A DNA stretch of 31,810 bases from Deferribacterales bacterium (GTDB lineage Bacteria; Chrysiogenota; Deferribacteres; Deferribacterales; Geovibrionaceae): assembly GCA_050253335.1 (NCBI GenBank), contig JBFWJG010000030.1, positions 1-31,810 of the forward strand, read 5' to 3'. Below the pieces are notes generated by a model. That model was not told the origin of the DNA and ran no database searches. It saw only the letters and a program-made list of their open reading frames with translations. Position numbers and translations under genes: made by a program. Positions 28,994 through 31,810 of the stretch are shown here, in pieces; position 1 is the first letter of the stretch, and each line of letters begins with the position of its first letter.

Positions 28994-29051
28994 TTTTTTA
29001 TTTAAAATTAATGTTTGTATTGAATTTTTTCTTAACGTTATATTTGATTTC

Positions 29052-29999
29052 CTACAGCGGGTTATGGCAGGCGAAGGGGCGGTCTTCCGTCAGCTTGGGC
29101 TTTTCTATGAGGCATTTATCAATTTTGTTAAAGCAGCGTTTGTGAAAAACGCATGAGCTGTCATATTCTTCCGTGTTTTTGTCAATCACTCCGGGTATGG
29201 AGTAGAGCGTTTCTTTTCTTTCGTCCAGAGTAGGCAGGCACTTTTTCAGGCTGAAGGTGTATGGATGGCGGATCTTGTTTTCCCGCAGGTCCTTGGAGTC
29301 TGTCTTTTCCATTATTTCGCCTGCGTAGAGGATAACGCATCTGTGGGAAATTGCCTGCATAAGCGAGAGATCATGTGTGATAAATATAATGGAGAGGTTT
29401 TTCTCTCTGTTCAGCTTTAGGAGCAGTTCGATAATCTGCTTCTGTATGGTGACGTCCAGCGCTGTTGTGGGCTCATCTGCAATCAGCAGTTCGGGGTCGC
29501 TGGCAAGAGCGAGTGCTATCATCACCCTCTGGTTCATGCCGCCTGAAAGCTGGTGGGGGTAGCTTTCCAGCCTTTCAGCCGGATAATCTATCTCCACTTC
29601 CCTTAGAAGCTGTTCGGCTTTTTTGCGGGCTTCCGTTTTGCTGATTGCTTTATCCGCAGCGCGTATAGCCTCGGTTATCTGAGTGCCGATCTTCATGACC
29701 GGGTTGAGGGAGGCGGTGGGGTTCTGGAAAATCATGGATATATTTCTGCCGCGGACGGAGCGGAAGTCTTTTTCTGTTTCGAGAGATTTTCCCTCAAAAA
29801 TAATTTCACCGGAAAGTTTTTCGACCGGACGGCTGAGGATTCCCAGAACGGTTTTGGCGAGAATGGTTTTGCCTGAACCGGATTCGCCGCCGATTCCCAG
29901 AATTTCCCCTTTTCGGACATTAAGAGAAATATCACGTAAAATATGTATTATTTTTCCGGAATTTTTTATTCCGATATTGAGACCGTTTATAAAAAGCAT
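29052..29999 (-). CDS. Peptide ABC transporter ATP-binding subunit (DppD/OppD family)
   Basis: GESGSGKT, MIFQNP, YPHQLSGGMNQR, ADEPTTALDV, HPYT and C-terminal C-C-C-C tail. Confidence 0.93.
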   Translation of the reverse strand: MLFINGLNIGIKNSGKIIHILRDISLNVRKGEILGIGGESGSGKTILAKTVLGILSRPVEKLSGEIIFEGKSLETEKDFRSVRGRNISMIFQNPTASLNPVMKIGTQITEAIRAADKAISKTEARKKAEQLLREVEIDYPAERLESYPHQLSGGMNQRVMIALALASDPELLIADEPTTALDVTIQKQIIELLLKLNREKNLSIIFITHDLSLMQAISHRCVILYAGEIMEKTDSKDLRENKIRHPYTFSLKKCLPTLDERKETLYSIPGVIDKNTEEYDSSCVFHKRCFNKIDKCLIEKPKLTEDRPFACHNPL

Positions 30000-30160
30000 G
30001 TTAAAATATATTTGAAATAGGATCCTTTGTCTATATTATATAAAGTATGAAGATATTCATTCATCTGCCGATAATTACTTCTTCCTGCTTTTCCAGATTC
30101 GTTTGAAATGATGAGGTTCATTTTGTATTCGTATTTTTGCGAAGTGTCGGCTGTTTGTAT

Positions 30161-30477
30161 GGATGTACGGATTTAAGTTATTAAAATGAGAGATTCTTCA
30201 CTGCGTTCAGAATGACGTTAAACGCTTGACAGTTCCATGGAAGGAACTGCGCCGTTCGCAGCGAAGCCGAACTTGTTTCGGCGCGAGCGTGTACTTAAAT
30301 CCGACAGGATGTACGGATTTAAGTTATTAAAATGAGAGATTCTTCACTGCGTTCAGAATGACGTTAAACGCTTGACAGTTCCATGGAAGGAACTGCGCCG
30401 TGCGCAGCGAAGCCGAACTTGTTTCGGCGCGAGCGTGTACTTAAATCCGACAGGATGTACGGATTTAAGTTATTAAA
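30161..30477. repeat. Tandem repeat, 146-bp period (2 full copies plus 25 bp), containing a three-hairpin element and a CGTCAT-type palindrome
   Basis: GGATGTACGGATTTAAGTTATTAAA starts at 30161, 30307 and 30453; the two full units differ at one position I could find (T30256 vs G30402). Confidence 0.92.
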
Positions 30478-30496
30478 TAAGAGGTATGCTCTATAT

Positions 30497-31810
30497 ATGA
30501 AAATTCCCGATACAGTCGTCGAAGAGGTTCTGAGTTCAGCGGACATTGTCGATATTGTCGGTGAGGCTGTTCAGCTTAAAAAAGCGGGAAACAGCTTTAA
30601 AGGTCTCTGCCCCTTTCACGGGGAGAAGACCCCTTCGTTCAACGTTAATCCTGAGAAAAACCTGTTTTACTGCTTCGGATGCGGAGCAGGGGGAAACGCC
30701 ATAACCTTTGTTTCCCGCTTTCACAGTTTAAGCTTCACAGATGCCGTGATGTTTCTTGCCGAGCGTTACGGAATAAGTGTTACACTCGGTAAAGAGGATT
30801 CCAAACGCAGCGGGATCATAGGCCTGCATGAGGACATTCTGCTGGAAACAAAGCGCAGGCTGCTCTCCCCCGAAGGCAAAGAGGCAAGGGAATACATAGC
30901 TTCCCGAAAGTTTACGGATGAGGTTGTTGAGGAGTTCGGCCTCGGCTATTTTCCTCTCCGGCTTGAGACGGAGCCTTATCTCAAAAAATACGGCAAGGAT
31001 GTTCTTCTGGCTTCCGGCTTGTTTGTGGAAGGGCAGTACGGCGTGCGTATGCGCTTTTTCAACAGGCTTTCCTTCCCCATCAGAAGCATAACAGGGAAGG
31101 TAGTGGGTTTCTCAGGCAGATCCATGGACGGTTCCATGCCGAAATATATGAACTCGCCGGAGACTGAGGCTTTCAGAAAGAGAGAGATTCTATACAACTT
31201 TGATAAAGCGAAAGACAAGATAAAGAAAACCGAAACCTGCATAATCACCGAAGGCTACTTTGATGTTATGCGCATGGTGGAGAAAGGCTACGGAAACTCA
31301 GTGGCCACAATGGGAACATCCCTCACCAAGGAGCATGTGGATCAGCTTAAACGCTATGCTCAGGAGGTTGTTCTCCTGTTTGACGGCGACGAGGCAGGGT
31401 TCAAGGCCGCTCTCAAGGCTCTGGATGTTTTCCTTGAGTCCAATTTCTTCCCTTACGCCGTCTTTCTTCCCAAGGGAGAGGATCCGGACACTTTTCTTCT
31501 TCAGAAAGGGAAGGATGAGTTCGCAAGGCTTCTGGACGCGAAAAAGGATCTTTTTCTTTACACTGTCGATCTTCTGAGGGCTAAGTCCTCGGACTTCAAC
31601 AGAAAGCTTGTGAATTTAGGCAGAATAAAAGAGAAGCTCATGCGCATAAAGGATCCCTACAGAAAAGCGCATTACCTTGAAGCTGTTGCGAAGCGCTTTG
31701 ATGTTGATCCAGACATTATGAAAAAAGACGTTGATCTTTCTCTTGCCAAAACTAACTTAAAGAAGACCAATTCAGCAGGACTGAATTATATATGCGAGAG
31801 GCATTTCCTC
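30497..31810 (+). CDS. dnaG: DNA primase, 3'-truncated by window edge (absent from ORF track)
   Basis: Manual translation: MKIPDTVVEEVLSSADIVDIVG...GLCPFHGEKTPSF...FYCFGCGAGG, then KYMNSPET, EGYFD, LLFDGDEAG and GEDPD. Confidence 0.96.
   Translation, partial: MKIPDTVVEEVLSSADIVDIVGEAVQLKKAGNSFKGLCPFHGEKTPSFNVNPEKNLFYCFGCGAGGNAITFVSRFHSLSFTDAVMFLAERYGISVTLGKEDSKRSGIIGLHEDILLETKRRLLSPEGKEAREYIASRKFTDEVVEEFGLGYFPLRLETEPYLKKYGKDVLLASGLFVEGQYGVRMRFFNRLSFPIRSITGKVVGFSGRSMDGSMPKYMNSPETEAFRKREILYNFDKAKDKIKKTETCIITEGYFDVMRMVEKGYGNSVATMGTSLTKEHVDQLKRYAQEVVLLFDGDEAGFKAALKALDVFLESNFFPYAVFLPKGEDPDTFLLQKGKDEFARLLDAKKDLFLYTVDLLRAKSSDFNRKLVNLGRIKEKLMRIKDPYRKAHYLEAVAKRFDVDPDIMKKDVDLSLAKTNLKKTNSAGLNYICERHFL

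Noticed and set aside
27397..29051. Retron or Gabija system
   Set aside because: No reverse transcriptase, msr/msd-like region or UvrD partner is adjacent; only the ATPase-TOPRIM gene is present.
30161..30477. CRISPR array interpretation of the tandem repeat (and of 24345-24768)
   Set aside because: The intervening sequences are duplicated rather than unique spacers, the period (146-148 bp) is too long, and no cas genes are present.
30486..30500. Mini-uORF MLYI* overlapping the dnaG start (ATGA)
   Set aside because: The GAGGT SD abuts its ATG with no spacing, so it more plausibly serves dnaG; likely chance.

Overview
Bacterial chromosomal window of roughly 50% GC (estimated by eye). The gene content suggests an anaerobic diazotroph, possibly Deferribacterota-like, but that assignment is an inference. 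Contents in order: 3' end of a Kef-type K+ antiporter; a very large surface lipoprotein with four Ig-like (choice-of-anchor D/ASH) domains; a divergent nifV / nifB-TOBE module with two sigma-54 promoters sharing two NifA-type UAS; an MBL hydrolase; an MCP; a ZIP transporter; a stand-alone Cys-rich PAS protein; a phage-like small membrane protein; NDH-2; a YkgJ-family protein; MgtC-DUF4010; a Cache/PAS/GGDEF cyclase; STAS; a Na/Ca exchanger; a Crp/Fnr (HcpR-like) regulator divergent from hcp with a perfect FNR-type box; a receiver-only protein; an SspB-like protein; a DEDDh exonuclease; MATE; a low-GC single-gene ABC-ATPase/TOPRIM (candidate anti-phage nuclease); dppD; and the 5' part of dnaG, which the ORF track misses. 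The most unusual signals are (i) a family of intergenic three-hairpin repeats at 24.3-24.5 kb and 30.2-30.5 kb whose stems differ in sequence yet stay paired, whose linkers are conserved and whose loops carry ANGGA (CsrA-like) motifs, linked to CGTCAT-type REP palindromes, and (ii) the orphan AT-rich ATPase-TOPRIM gene.
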